Below are positions 19,101 to 29,385 of a stretch of DNA of 64,000 nucleotides, one piece after another. This stretch comes from a virus. Lineage: Duplodnaviria > Caudoviricetes. The stretch is from the IMG/VR virus record IMGVR_UViG_3300001598_000002, positions 51,864-115,863 of that record; one strand, given 5' to 3'. Position 1 is the stretch's first letter; each line of letters starts with the position of its first letter. A program made the position numbers and the translations under genes. The notes under the pieces were generated by a model. It was not told the origin of the DNA and did not search any database. It saw only the letters and a list, made by a program, of their open reading frames with translations.

Positions 19101-22100
19101 GAGAGAAGCAACCTCTGAATTAAATAAAGAAATTTTAGATTTAGTAGATCAGTATCCAGAATTAGCGGCTTTGGTGACTTCTAAAGGTGGTGTGCTACAC
19201 ATTGATTTAGAAAGTGATGATATACAAAAAGTATTGACAAAATATAAAAATGCAACGCGCGCAGCAGATAGCGCAGCATTAAATTTAAAAATTGCAGCAA
19301 ATAATGCTGCAATGAACGAACAATATGGCAAATTAGGTAATGCATATAGACAAGGCGCGCAAGCAGGTCAATGGGTAGGCTATGGGAAAGACCGTACTTG
19401 GATGGGTAACCAAAAAGTCACTGAACAAATGGCTAAGGCATTGGCTGGTGACCAAGAAGCAATAGAAGCTTTTAATGCCAAGGGCATTGTCCAAATGGGA
19501 GACGATGTAGTTACTTTTGCTCAACGGATGGCAGAGGCAGAAGGCGTACAATTTAATGCTACTTCTGAAAATATAGAGGCATTAAAGAATTTTGGCCAAA
19601 CATTAATCGCTACTTCCAATGAAATCTCTATTTATTATCAAGGGATGATTAATAATGCTTTAGTTGGTCTAGAGGGATATACTAAGCAACAAATCGAGAC
19701 TTTAAGCAACTATTACTCTACTAATCAAATTGAAGCAAAAATTACAAAAATAGAAGATGATTTAGAAGGTAAAAAGTATAGTAGTTATACCGAAGAAGAT
19801 AAAGCAGATTATGAAGAATATTTCAAATCTGTCTATGGAGACAATTTTAAAGAAATTGGTGCATATGGTAAGGTTGTATTGCGTGAAGGCGATGATATAG
19901 ATGCAGATAGTGCACACCGCATGTATGCCGCCGCAAAGGCTACTGAAGAAACAACTGAAGATTTAAAAGTACTTGATCAAGCATTAGAAAAATTATCTAA
20001 GTCCAGTAATAACAAAGATAAAAATGAAGCATTATCTAAAGTGTTCGCAAAGTCTGAAGGGGCGGCGCTAACTCAAGGTGATTTAAAAGCTATTGGATTT
20101 GATGGTGAAGTTACAGATACATTAAAGAATGAACTGAGTCAAATGTATCAAGGCCTTAGCGATAATGAAAAAGCAGTATTGGGTACTGAAGATGATTTTA
20201 TAAAAAAGTATACTGATAACTTAACTAATGCATATAATGCCTTTACTATTGCAACACAAAACTTAGATTCAGTTAGTTCAGACCTTAATCTATCTTCCTT
20301 AGATGGTTTAAGCGCAGGGGCGTTAAAGGGTTTCTCTGATAACTTATTAACCGTTATTTCTTCAAGTGGAGAGGATGCTGCACAGGCATTAATTAATACT
20401 TTTGCAGATGTCACTAGTAATCTTGACGCAGAGGATACAGAAAAATTTGCTTCTGCTTTAAATTCTATTGATTGGAAAGATGCAGATGCTATTGATGATT
20501 TTAATACACTATTAGATGAAATGGGTGTGCAGATTGATAAAAATTCTTCTGAATATACCGATTTTATTAGTGAATTAAAAACTGGCGCGAAAGCTATTCG
20601 TTCTGTTGATTTCGAAGCATTAAATGAACAAGTACAATCTCTTTCTTCAATTTTACGAAATATTAAAGCGGATCCTAACAACCGTACTTTCTCTGAAGAT
20701 GATTACAATTCATTAATTGCTGCAGAAGCAGATTTGGCCAGCCAGTTTGTAAAAAATCTTGATGGCGAATACGTTTATATTGGTTCTACAATGGAAACAT
20801 TGACAGGAGCAATTATTGATAATACTTCAGCATTATTGGGTGAAACTGAAAGTCAATTAGAGAATCGTATTGATGCGGCAGACTTAGTTGAAACTTTTGC
20901 AGAGCGTTTTGCTTTGAGTGACGGCTCAAAGGCTAATTTAGGAGAACGTGGTTCCTGGGAAAGCGACGCATTTGCTACTAATGCACGTGAGTATCTAAGT
21001 GCTTATATTGGTAAGGCAGTAAAGCAGGGAATTGATTTAAGTCAATTGGGCATTGCTGGTCTATCTAATACGACTACCATGAGTAGTCTAACCGATACAG
21101 ATGTATCTCGTATCCTTGACGCATTATATCAAGTTTTACTTGACAAAGATACCAACCAAACTAACTTAGCCAATGTACAAAATCAAGGTAAAACTCTTAC
21201 TGCACAATTAAATTCGCCAGCATATAATGCTGGACAAATCAATGGCGAAGATAAAGAATTGTATATCGATGCCTTAACCGCTCAAGCCACCGGTGCTAGT
21301 GTCGCAGAACAATGGATTCAAGGATTTAGACAACAAATAGAAGATCCTAATGCGACTGAAGAATTACGAACGGCCGTGGCTAATCAATTGGCTGGACTAA
21401 CCGATATTTATAATGAAGCGACAGCCTGGGGAGTAGATCAAGAATTACTTGAAACCATGGGCAACCAATTTGTTGAAACTTATGGAATGGCTGCGGATAT
21501 GGCATATAGATTAGCCTTATCTAATATTAATCTAAATCAAGGTGTGTCTGATCTTGTTGGTAGTTATGGTGACTGGAGTGATGTATTAAAAGCAGCCAAA
21601 ACTGACGCAGCAGTAAAAGAAACCGCAGAATATGCTCAAATAATTTTAGATTTGAAGAAAAACATTAAACAAATGTTTAGTATTCAAGGAGATTTGAGCG
21701 ATTCTTTGGTCGAAGCGGCTGATGCTGCTGGGTTATTGGAAGCAATTGCTACTGGTGATATGGAGGCTATCGACAAATTGCGAGCTATGGCCGCGGAGGA
21801 CATTAGATTAAACTGGCATTTAGATAGTAACTTAAATGAGGAATTAACTAATTTAGAGAATCAATTAATTGATTTTGCTTCTCAATGGGATGGTTTTACT
21901 ATTGACGCGAAATTTGATGATTCTCAGGCCATTGAAGCTATGAATAATCTATTAAAATCTGGCGCGGTCACCGTAGAGCAGATGCAAGATTATTTTAATA
22001 GCCTTGGATATACACCAGAAGTTGAATATGATTACTCAGAACAACAAGTACGCCATGTTGGATCTATACCCCATTTAGTGCAAAATGGTGAAGATTTTTC

Positions 22101-24072
22101 TGTTGAGTTTATTCCTTATGATTCTACTGTAACAGAAATGGTTGCAGTACCTTCAATTACAAGCCTGCAATACAATGGTCCTTCTGCTCCAAAAATTAAT
22201 ACCTCAACTAAGACCAGGGCTACTGGTAACCAGCCAAAAACTTCTGGCGGAGGAGGTTCGTCTGAAAAACCCTCTTATTGGGAAAATCCTTATGATGAAC
22301 TCTATAACCTCCAAGAACGAATTAACGAGTCTCTTCGTACTCGTGAGGCGCTTGAACGTCGTTATCAAAAACTCTTAAAGAAAACTGCAACTTCTTTATC
22401 CGAAATCCGCAAAGCTTACTATGATCAAATTAAACAGCTGCGCGCTGAAGCCAACCTCCAGCAGGCAATGGCACAAGGCCGCGCACGTCAACTTAGCAAT
22501 ATTGCTAATGAGACATATACCGACTCTGAAGGTGTCCAACGTTCCTTTGCTTCAATGGGAGTTACTAAATATGCATCTTATGATTCATCAACTGGTGTAA
22601 TCACTATTGATTGGGCAGGCCTCGATGCAATTTCTCATGATGCAAGTCGAGAAGAAGAAGGTAATGCTGCGGAAGCCTATATTAGTCGCTTAGAAGAATT
22701 AGTTGAAGGCTACGAAGAAATTCGCGATGAGTTATGGGAAATTGAAGACAAAATTGAGGAATTGAGGGATGAAGCAGTTCAAACCTATCTTGATTTTGAA
22801 GATCGTGTAATGGAAGCGGTTGTTAATGAATATCAAGAGCAAATTGATGCTTTTGAAGCCATGAGCGATGAAATCAGTGATGCTACCGATAAAGTACTTG
22901 ACTCCATTAAAGAAGAAATTGACCTCGCACGGCAAATTCGAGATAATACGAAAACCGAAGAAGAAATTTCTGATATGGAAAATCGTCTTGCTTATCTTCG
23001 TAGAGATACTTCTGGTGCAAATGATCTCGAAATTATGCAATTAGAGAAAGACTTGGAAGATGCTCGTCAGAATTATACTGATACATTGATTGACCAGGCG
23101 CTTGATCAAATGCAACGAGACGCAGATCTCGCAGCAGAACAGCGTGCTAAACAGCAAGAAACCCTTCAAAATCAACTTGATATTATGAAAGAGAATGGAA
23201 GTTTATGGGATAGGGTTTATACGTTAATTCGTAACGCAGAAGGACCAGACGGTAGTTTTTCTCAAAATTCCGAACTTGTTAAGTTACTAAAGTCCAATGA
23301 AGGATTTGATAATTTCAGTAATATTGGAAAGGCCAAATGGTGGGAAGAAGCAACTGCTGCATATAAAGCTGCAATGGTTGGTAAGGACGAGGCAGAAGAT
23401 AAATATGGTGTCGATGCCGACAATGATGGAATTATTGCTAATACTGGTACTCAAAAAGCAATTGATGATGTCGGTAAACAATCAACTACAGTAACTCCTG
23501 CGCCAGCCACTACAACAACCACGACTAAACCAGCACGTACTGACAAGGAAAAGTATGGTGTTGCTCTTGCAATTATTAATGGTGGCTATGGTTGGGGTTC
23601 TGGTACAACTCGTAAGAATAATCTTGAAGCTAAAGGCTTTAACTATAGTGAAGTTCAAGGTATTGTTAATAAGTTAATTGCCGAAGGTAAAGTAAATTCT
23701 GGCGCGTGGGTTGGTGCTTACTACGGTATTAGAGATTTAAGTCCTTATGCTATGAGTAAGTTTAAATCTGGTGGTTTAGCCGACTTCACTGGACCTGCTT
23801 GGCTAGATGGTACTAAATCTCACCCAGAGTTAGTACTTGATGCAACAGATTCACAGAACTTTATCACATTGAAAAATATCCTTGCTCAATTGCTTAATGG
23901 ACAGGGCGCCGGAGCCATTGGCTCTGGTGGTGGAGATAATTACTTTGATATTGATATTTCTGCGGAACTTGGTTCTGATTATGATGTAGATCAACTTGCT
24001 GATCGCATTAAAAAGCAGATTTACGATAATGGTACTTATCGTAATGTCAATACGATGAACTATCTAAGATAA
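16195..24072 (+). CDS. Tape measure protein (about 2,626 aa)
   Basis: Very long helical Ala/Gln-rich ORF with a TP901-type TMP core (ETTRESAETAGTALKT, RQQSRFIA), hydrophobic segments and a C-terminal GGLADFTGPAWLDGT motif. AGGAGG precedes ATG 16195. Confidence 0.92.
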   Translation: MGANAKTIQVTLKTVADVSDVTSNVKQIQKVINQLKLPENLKSNFTKVFSEIEKSADKASQALASGFKTKGDVSTFTKNMDRINTLMVQLQSNMSKISPDILKNSLDIDTTKLEAAKKAITDIRQQLAQKIDASGLQKVEQAAANLSKVSKAKSIQNFVDAFKSGNFDEAEKALQKLEQGLSKVTDPSKLNIYKTAVDAMRNSLTQLASNGDIQNLQTQLNTAQQALQDLGQTELNDLLASFQQLVTNALPKTIQETNNYAHATNNANVAQQQLNSELEQFKSRITYFFGMSNAVNLFQRAIRSAYETVKDLDAVMTETAVVTDFSVGDMWSQLPEYTRRANELGVSIHSAYEAATIYYQQGLKTNEVMAISNETLKMARIAGLDAATATDRMTNALRGFNMELNETNAQRINDVYSKLAAITASDTDEISTAMTKVASLANNANMEFETTSAFLAQMIETTRESAETAGTALKTVVARFSEVKELFSEGKLLGTDSEGEAIDVNKVSTALRTAGINLNEYLTGMKGLDDIFIELAQKWDSLDIIQQRYIATMAAGSRQQSRFIAMMSDYDRTMELVEAANNSSGASNEQYQKTLESLETKLTKLKNAWDEFTMGLANNTIVKGAIDLITWLIDKLNMLTSAFGDTGSAIAKLLLAFVGLKVGKALFSKFIDNLLSQFLTAGEQSGTSFMDGFKEKINSSNLKSFFKKEVSNFSSAMSSALKNNTDLSLASFFNTNSFTAQELTPIMDDIEQQFKTKVNFGQLTGQELGTANQAINDFRTAVTTGVGDAGQAIDGMNQLLSTTNQQLEITLRMAENSGRQLSQSFMSAAAAAGAAAMALGLIANGLEKLGVSKEVTNSIRKLSTAFGVLAGILMVLPALCKAVGIAIETIPIIGWIAAIITALITLGSIIADFIETDSEKTERLADAAREAAEAAETASEAFSHLQDSLDGLDERSNEIKELAYGTKEWREATSELNKEILDLVDQYPELAALVTSKGGVLHIDLESDDIQKVLTKYKNATRAADSAALNLKIAANNAAMNEQYGKLGNAYRQGAQAGQWVGYGKDRTWMGNQKVTEQMAKALAGDQEAIEAFNAKGIVQMGDDVVTFAQRMAEAEGVQFNATSENIEALKNFGQTLIATSNEISIYYQGMINNALVGLEGYTKQQIETLSNYYSTNQIEAKITKIEDDLEGKKYSSYTEEDKADYEEYFKSVYGDNFKEIGAYGKVVLREGDDIDADSAHRMYAAAKATEETTEDLKVLDQALEKLSKSSNNKDKNEALSKVFAKSEGAALTQGDLKAIGFDGEVTDTLKNELSQMYQGLSDNEKAVLGTEDDFIKKYTDNLTNAYNAFTIATQNLDSVSSDLNLSSLDGLSAGALKGFSDNLLTVISSSGEDAAQALINTFADVTSNLDAEDTEKFASALNSIDWKDADAIDDFNTLLDEMGVQIDKNSSEYTDFISELKTGAKAIRSVDFEALNEQVQSLSSILRNIKADPNNRTFSEDDYNSLIAAEADLASQFVKNLDGEYVYIGSTMETLTGAIIDNTSALLGETESQLENRIDAADLVETFAERFALSDGSKANLGERGSWESDAFATNAREYLSAYIGKAVKQGIDLSQLGIAGLSNTTTMSSLTDTDVSRILDALYQVLLDKDTNQTNLANVQNQGKTLTAQLNSPAYNAGQINGEDKELYIDALTAQATGASVAEQWIQGFRQQIEDPNATEELRTAVANQLAGLTDIYNEATAWGVDQELLETMGNQFVETYGMAADMAYRLALSNINLNQGVSDLVGSYGDWSDVLKAAKTDAAVKETAEYAQIILDLKKNIKQMFSIQGDLSDSLVEAADAAGLLEAIATGDMEAIDKLRAMAAEDIRLNWHLDSNLNEELTNLENQLIDFASQWDGFTIDAKFDDSQAIEAMNNLLKSGAVTVEQMQDYFNSLGYTPEVEYDYSEQQVRHVGSIPHLVQNGEDFSVEFIPYDSTVTEMVAVPSITSLQYNGPSAPKINTSTKTRATGNQPKTSGGGGSSEKPSYWENPYDELYNLQERINESLRTREALERRYQKLLKKTATSLSEIRKAYYDQIKQLRAEANLQQAMAQGRARQLSNIANETYTDSEGVQRSFASMGVTKYASYDSSTGVITIDWAGLDAISHDASREEEGNAAEAYISRLEELVEGYEEIRDELWEIEDKIEELRDEAVQTYLDFEDRVMEAVVNEYQEQIDAFEAMSDEISDATDKVLDSIKEEIDLARQIRDNTKTEEEISDMENRLAYLRRDTSGANDLEIMQLEKDLEDARQNYTDTLIDQALDQMQRDADLAAEQRAKQQETLQNQLDIMKENGSLWDRVYTLIRNAEGPDGSFSQNSELVKLLKSNEGFDNFSNIGKAKWWEEATAAYKAAMVGKDEAEDKYGVDADNDGIIANTGTQKAIDDVGKQSTTVTPAPATTTTTTKPARTDKEKYGVALAIINGGYGWGSGTTRKNNLEAKGFNYSEVQGIVNKLIAEGKVNSGAWVGAYYGIRDLSPYAMSKFKSGGLADFTGPAWLDGTKSHPELVLDATDSQNFITLKNILAQLLNGQGAGAIGSGGGDNYFDIDISAELGSDYDVDQLADRIKKQIYDNGTYRNVNTMNYLR

Positions 24073-24077
24073 AATTC

Positions 24078-24107
24078 GAGGACTACGGAAACGTAGTCCT
24101 CAATTTT
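24078..24107 (+). terminator. Intrinsic terminator after the tape measure gene
   Basis: GAGGACTACG-gaaa-CGTAGTCCTC followed by AATTTT. Confidence 0.85.
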
Positions 24108-24187
24108 CTATACACAAATCAAATAAAATCTACTTATTAAAGAGAGATAAAGGAGAAAATTAAATCGAGTTAAAGGAGGATTTAAAA

Positions 24188-25066
24188 ATGAAACAAGATT
24201 TTTTTGGCTTCCAGTACTGTGGAGTCCATACCTCTGATCTAAACATAGTTCGTGTTAGTGACGGCTCTCGATATAGTGAGAATTTATCTCCTGTATTCCA
24301 AGATAAGACCGCACAAATGCCAGGGAGTGATGGAACACTGTACTGGGAGTCTTTTGATGTTAATAAGCCATGGCCAATTCAAGTGGCGTTTGACGAGTTA
24401 AGTGAGGCACAATATAGACGTTTGCGCCAAGTCTTTAATGGAAAGGCTATTGGAGAATTAATTTTTGATGAACTGCCATTTAAGGCATATACTGCAAAAG
24501 TACAGTCTCCTCCTCAATTTAAAACTATTTGTTTTGATACACCAGATGGTACGCGTGTCTATAAAGGCGAAGGAACTATTAATTTTATTGCTTATTATCC
24601 ATATGCAAAAAGCGTATATAAATTTTTAAATGAATTTAGTGATGAAGAATATGATAATAAAGTGCAATGGGCGGCCGCGTCTGGTATGAAACCAACTCGT
24701 GCGTCATATGATGGAACTGGTACTACTATTAATCTTTATAATGCAGGGGATCTTGAAACGGATTGGCAAGCATTCTATCCAATTAATTCATCTGGTTCTG
24801 CACTGACATCTATTTCACTTAATAGTGGTGTAGATGGTCAAATGGTATTTTCTTCCATTTCGCGCAAGAAAACCAATGATGCGTATATCCGAATTAATTC
24901 TCGAACTAATTTAATTGAAGGATGTGATTCTTCTAAAAATCCAACTGGAAGTTTATATAATGAATTTTTAGTTGCTGGTGATTTCTTTAAAATTCCATTA
25001 GGAGAGTCTACATTTGTCTCAAATACGGGATGTAGTGAGATTAAATATGATTATTTATATTACTAA
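24188..25066 (+). CDS. Distal tail protein (Dit-like)
   Basis: Immediately after the TMP. GF.Y.G...DL and GELIFDE.P.KAY motifs, C-terminal Y.YLYY. Confidence 0.75.
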   Translation: MKQDFFGFQYCGVHTSDLNIVRVSDGSRYSENLSPVFQDKTAQMPGSDGTLYWESFDVNKPWPIQVAFDELSEAQYRRLRQVFNGKAIGELIFDELPFKAYTAKVQSPPQFKTICFDTPDGTRVYKGEGTINFIAYYPYAKSVYKFLNEFSDEEYDNKVQWAAASGMKPTRASYDGTGTTINLYNAGDLETDWQAFYPINSSGSALTSISLNSGVDGQMVFSSISRKKTNDAYIRINSRTNLIEGCDSSKNPTGSLYNEFLVAGDFFKIPLGESTFVSNTGCSEIKYDYLYY

Positions 25067-25077
25067 GGAGGCATTTA

Positions 25078-28000
25078 ATGAAAGATAAATATGAAATTTC
25101 ATTATGGGAAGATTATCTTGTTCCTGCCTCTGCAACAGTGCCGGCGCACTATGAAGAAAGAAAACTTGGTGTAATTGGTTCTGATTCTATTACTGCGCCA
25201 TGCCGTGCATTTGAGCCTCGACTAGTTGAAAATACGAATGGCACTCATACACTTACTTTTAAGATGTATTATACATTCAAAGAAAATAACATTGAAGAAA
25301 TGATACATCAGTTTACAACTGTGTCAGACCAAGATTTAAAAGACTCAAATTCTTATTATCTCGTTTGGAAAGAACTTGGTTTTAATGGAGAATCTTATCA
25401 AAATCCATTTCTTTCTTTATTGGTAAATGAAAGAAAAGTAAAGGCATTTTGGAAGGGTGAATGGTATGATTTAGTAATTAAGAATTGTCAAGAAGACTCA
25501 AATGGCAAATCTATTACTTATACTTGTACTGATTTATATATTAATGAACTATCCAAGACTGGTTTTGATATTGTATTAAATGCAGAATTAAACAATAATA
25601 GCGGTACTGCAGTTGAGCTGGCACAAACAGTACTTGAAGGAACAGATTGGAATTTAGATGCAGATGGTTCTGATACTGTGCGCCAAGAAAAAGAAGAACC
25701 AGTATATGAAGTATATACTACTCGTTCTTGGTCAGTCACAGATGAGACTTCCAGTTCTTCTGCTACCATTCCTAATAATTCAAAAATTCTTGTGTTTTAT
25801 AATGAAATTCAAGATTTTCTTGATAGTGGAACTGTGCAGAAAAATATGTATACTCAGTTTGCTTATGCCTCTACCTATGAGCGCGATACAAATACGCAAA
25901 GAGTAATCAACGCTCATTGTTATTCTACTACAGTAACTTGGTTAAAGACTCAGCATGAAGGTGCGAATTGTATTCAATTTGGAACTGGTAGTACGATTTA
26001 TGGATATGTATACTATAGTGGCGGCGTCTCTAATAATTATAGGGCTTCGCGCCTTGTAAAGAGTCAATTAAATAAATTTGACTCATTAACTGGTAAATAT
26101 TGTAACGTCTGGAAAGCAACTCGTAATGGTACGGGTGATTACGCTGGTGCTATTTCAATTAATGACTTGATTTATGAATATAAAACTACAGAATGGAATG
26201 ACGCCTTAGTTGTAAATAACTTAGTTATTAACTCTAAAGATTTTATTACGACTGAAGGCTGGTTAGGCGATTCAAATCTTGCTTTTCAATTGTATCCTCC
26301 ATATACATCATCTACTGATATTTCTACATATAGCGCGAAGTCATACTTAAAATTAACTAGTGGTGTTGATTTTTATAACGCTGGTATTCGTCAATCATCC
26401 AGTTATCTACCAAATGGATTTTCTATTGGTGAAACCTTTATTTTTAGGTATAAGGCGCGCGCTAATAGTGGAAGTGGGCCTGCAGCAACTTATATTTCTT
26501 CTGGTATTACACCTACTATTTGTACTTATCAAGACAGTGGCGAACAGAAAATTATTGATACAAGTGGACCGGTTTATTTTAATGTAACAACTTTATCTGG
26601 TCAAGATGGATGGAATGAATTTCGTTTAACTTGTAAAAAATCTGCTACGCGTAATGATTTCTATGATAAAAAAATTGGTTTGTTTTTGAAAGTAACTACA
26701 ACCTGTTGGCTTGAAGAAGCACAACTCTTCCAAGAGATTTATGGCGTAGGTACTCAACGTATTAATCCTGGTGATATTGATGTTCAATCAGTATCTACTA
26801 TTAAGTATGTTTATTATAACCACACTAAAAGTGATGGGTTATTAAGCGCGGCAGACGTTATGCCATTATGGTCCAGTAAAGATGATTGGAATTATGATGG
26901 AATGATTGCGCTCTATAATGAGAATTTTGAGAAGATTAGACCGATTGATGCGAAGCAATCAAATAGATTTAATTTGTTACAAACAATTGCAGAGACATTT
27001 GAATGTTGGGTTCAGTTTCAAATTAATCACGATTCTACTGGTCGTACTATTTATAATGTTGATGGTACGCCGCAGAAATATGTAAGATTTAAACAAGAAA
27101 TTGGACAACAAACCGGTATTGGATTTGTATATGGAATTGATTTAAAGGCAATCTCTCGTACAATTCAATCCGATCAAATTGTAACTAAAACAATTGTTAG
27201 TGCAAATAATAATCAATTTGCTACAAATGGTTTTTGTACTATTTCTCGTAGCGAACAAAACTATCCGCGCGCGACCTTCTTATTAAACTTTGATTATTAT
27301 ATTAATCAAGGATTAATTAATGGTGGAATTTTAAATAATGATTTATATGATTCTACTGGTGAAATTGGTTATTTTTATTGGCTGAATAAATATAATACTG
27401 AATATGATAGTTTAACTGATGAGATTGCGGCAAAGCAAACAGAATTAACTAAACAGTTAAGTTATCAAACCGTATATGAAGGTATAATCACTTCATTACA
27501 AGAAAGTATTCAGAATATTCGCGCAGAATTAATTAATATGGCTGGTGTAACTACTTGGTCTGCGGCGACTTCGTACATTAAAACAAATGCCACTGCAGTT
27601 GCGGTATCAAGTCGAATGAATGCTATTCAAACTCAAGAAGCTTCATTAATTTCTTATTCAGAAATGAAGACAAAACTTGATAATTCAGTAGTAACACTCC
27701 AAAATTTAATTACAACGCATACAGAGCGCCAAGAAGAACTGCTTACATTAATTAAAGCTCTTGATTTTAAGTTCTATAAGAAATATTCTCGTTTTATTCA
27801 AGAAGGCTCTTGGGTAAATGAAAATTATATTGATGATAATCTATATTATTTAGATGCACAATCTGTCGCGTATACGTCTTCGCGCCCACAAATTAGTTAT
27901 AATATTTCTGTATTAAGAATTAGTGGGATTGAAGGCTTTGAGAATAAGGTATTCCATTTGGGCGACATTGCATTTATTCAAGATACTGAATTTTTTGGAT

Positions 28001-29373
28001 ATACTTATATTAATGGTGTTAAAACTCCATACAAGGAAAAAGTTTTAGTATCTGAGATTACATCCTATTTTGATGAGCCAGAGAAAGATACATTTAAAAT
28101 TCAAAACTATAAAACTCAATTTGAAGATTTATTCCAACGTATTACAAGCACAACGCAAGCGCTTCAATATGCATCTGGCGAATATGCACGCGCGGCCGCG
28201 ACCGTTGAGACAAATGGAACGATTAATCCCGAAACATTACAGAACTCCATTGCGTTGAATGAACAATTAGTATATAGTGCGCAAAATGAAGCAATTGTTA
28301 CTGATTCAACTGGTTTAACGGTTACCGATACAACCAATCCGAACAAAAAGACTAAGTTGACTTCTGGTGGTATTTTTATTACTACCGATGGCGGCGCTAC
28401 ATGGAAGAATGCCGTACGTGGTGAAGGTATCGCAACTCAATATTTAACTACTGGCTCCATCAACACAAGTTTCATTAATATTATGGATGGAAGTTTTAAA
28501 GCCTTTCGATGGGATGAAAGTGGTATTAATGCTTATTATCAATTACCAAATGATGGTGGTATTAACTTATCAAAATTCGTGAGGTTCGACCACTATGGCG
28601 TTTATGGCGTTGATATTGGTAGTGGTGAAGGTAATTATACACCCGAGAGCGAAGACGATATTTGGGACGATGCCAAGTTTGGTATGACTTGGAAAGGTTT
28701 CTTTGTCAAGAATAAATATGGAACTCATTATGTCGAAGTATCAAGCGAAAATGATATTCAAGTTGTAAAGGGTAGTATTCCAGTTATTAAAATTGGTCAG
28801 TTAGATGCAGAAGAAGATATTTATGGTATTCGTATTTCTAATGCATCCGGCGCGCCAGTCATGGAAACTAACGATCTTGGAGATTTATGGCTACGAAATC
28901 GTCTTAATATTTCTTCTACTGATGAAGATTTTAGCATTGGCGTTGGATACTTAGATGGTACTAAACAAGTGCTTGGCGCGGAAATCCATGAAGTCTTTAA
29001 TGCAAATGATAAGTTTATGGTTTACGAAGATGGATCAATGAAAGCAACCGATGGCGAGTTTACTGGCACAATTTATGCAACTGGTGGTAAAATTGGCAAT
29101 ATGACCATTGATGAAATTGAACAATCCGTATATAAAGTAATTATCGAAAGTAGTAATGGAACTATTTTTAAAAATGGACAAGGCAGTAAAACCTTAACTG
29201 CAAAACTTTATGAAGGAGATAGTGAAGTTACTACAGGTACATTTACCTATATGTGGTTTAAAAATAATATTCAACAACAACAAACTACCAAACAAATTAC
29301 TGTAACTGCGGATTCTACTGATGCAGTTTATACATATACGTGCAGGATTACATATACTCCTGCGCAGAGTTAA
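25078..29373 (+). CDS. Baseplate hub or Tal-like large minor tail protein
   Basis: 1431 aa after Dit, with a coiled coil, a LGD.. module and a C-terminal Ig-like segment. Confidence 0.7.
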   Translation: MKDKYEISLWEDYLVPASATVPAHYEERKLGVIGSDSITAPCRAFEPRLVENTNGTHTLTFKMYYTFKENNIEEMIHQFTTVSDQDLKDSNSYYLVWKELGFNGESYQNPFLSLLVNERKVKAFWKGEWYDLVIKNCQEDSNGKSITYTCTDLYINELSKTGFDIVLNAELNNNSGTAVELAQTVLEGTDWNLDADGSDTVRQEKEEPVYEVYTTRSWSVTDETSSSSATIPNNSKILVFYNEIQDFLDSGTVQKNMYTQFAYASTYERDTNTQRVINAHCYSTTVTWLKTQHEGANCIQFGTGSTIYGYVYYSGGVSNNYRASRLVKSQLNKFDSLTGKYCNVWKATRNGTGDYAGAISINDLIYEYKTTEWNDALVVNNLVINSKDFITTEGWLGDSNLAFQLYPPYTSSTDISTYSAKSYLKLTSGVDFYNAGIRQSSSYLPNGFSIGETFIFRYKARANSGSGPAATYISSGITPTICTYQDSGEQKIIDTSGPVYFNVTTLSGQDGWNEFRLTCKKSATRNDFYDKKIGLFLKVTTTCWLEEAQLFQEIYGVGTQRINPGDIDVQSVSTIKYVYYNHTKSDGLLSAADVMPLWSSKDDWNYDGMIALYNENFEKIRPIDAKQSNRFNLLQTIAETFECWVQFQINHDSTGRTIYNVDGTPQKYVRFKQEIGQQTGIGFVYGIDLKAISRTIQSDQIVTKTIVSANNNQFATNGFCTISRSEQNYPRATFLLNFDYYINQGLINGGILNNDLYDSTGEIGYFYWLNKYNTEYDSLTDEIAAKQTELTKQLSYQTVYEGIITSLQESIQNIRAELINMAGVTTWSAATSYIKTNATAVAVSSRMNAIQTQEASLISYSEMKTKLDNSVVTLQNLITTHTERQEELLTLIKALDFKFYKKYSRFIQEGSWVNENYIDDNLYYLDAQSVAYTSSRPQISYNISVLRISGIEGFENKVFHLGDIAFIQDTEFFGYTYINGVKTPYKEKVLVSEITSYFDEPEKDTFKIQNYKTQFEDLFQRITSTTQALQYASGEYARAAATVETNGTINPETLQNSIALNEQLVYSAQNEAIVTDSTGLTVTDTTNPNKKTKLTSGGIFITTDGGATWKNAVRGEGIATQYLTTGSINTSFINIMDGSFKAFRWDESGINAYYQLPNDGGINLSKFVRFDHYGVYGVDIGSGEGNYTPESEDDIWDDAKFGMTWKGFFVKNKYGTHYVEVSSENDIQVVKGSIPVIKIGQLDAEEDIYGIRISNASGAPVMETNDLGDLWLRNRLNISSTDEDFSIGVGYLDGTKQVLGAEIHEVFNANDKFMVYEDGSMKATDGEFTGTIYATGGKIGNMTIDEIEQSVYKVIIESSNGTIFKNGQGSKTLTAKLYEGDSEVTTGTFTYMWFKNNIQQQQTTKQITVTADSTDAVYTYTCRITYTPAQS

Positions 29374-29385
29374 AGGAGGATTAGA

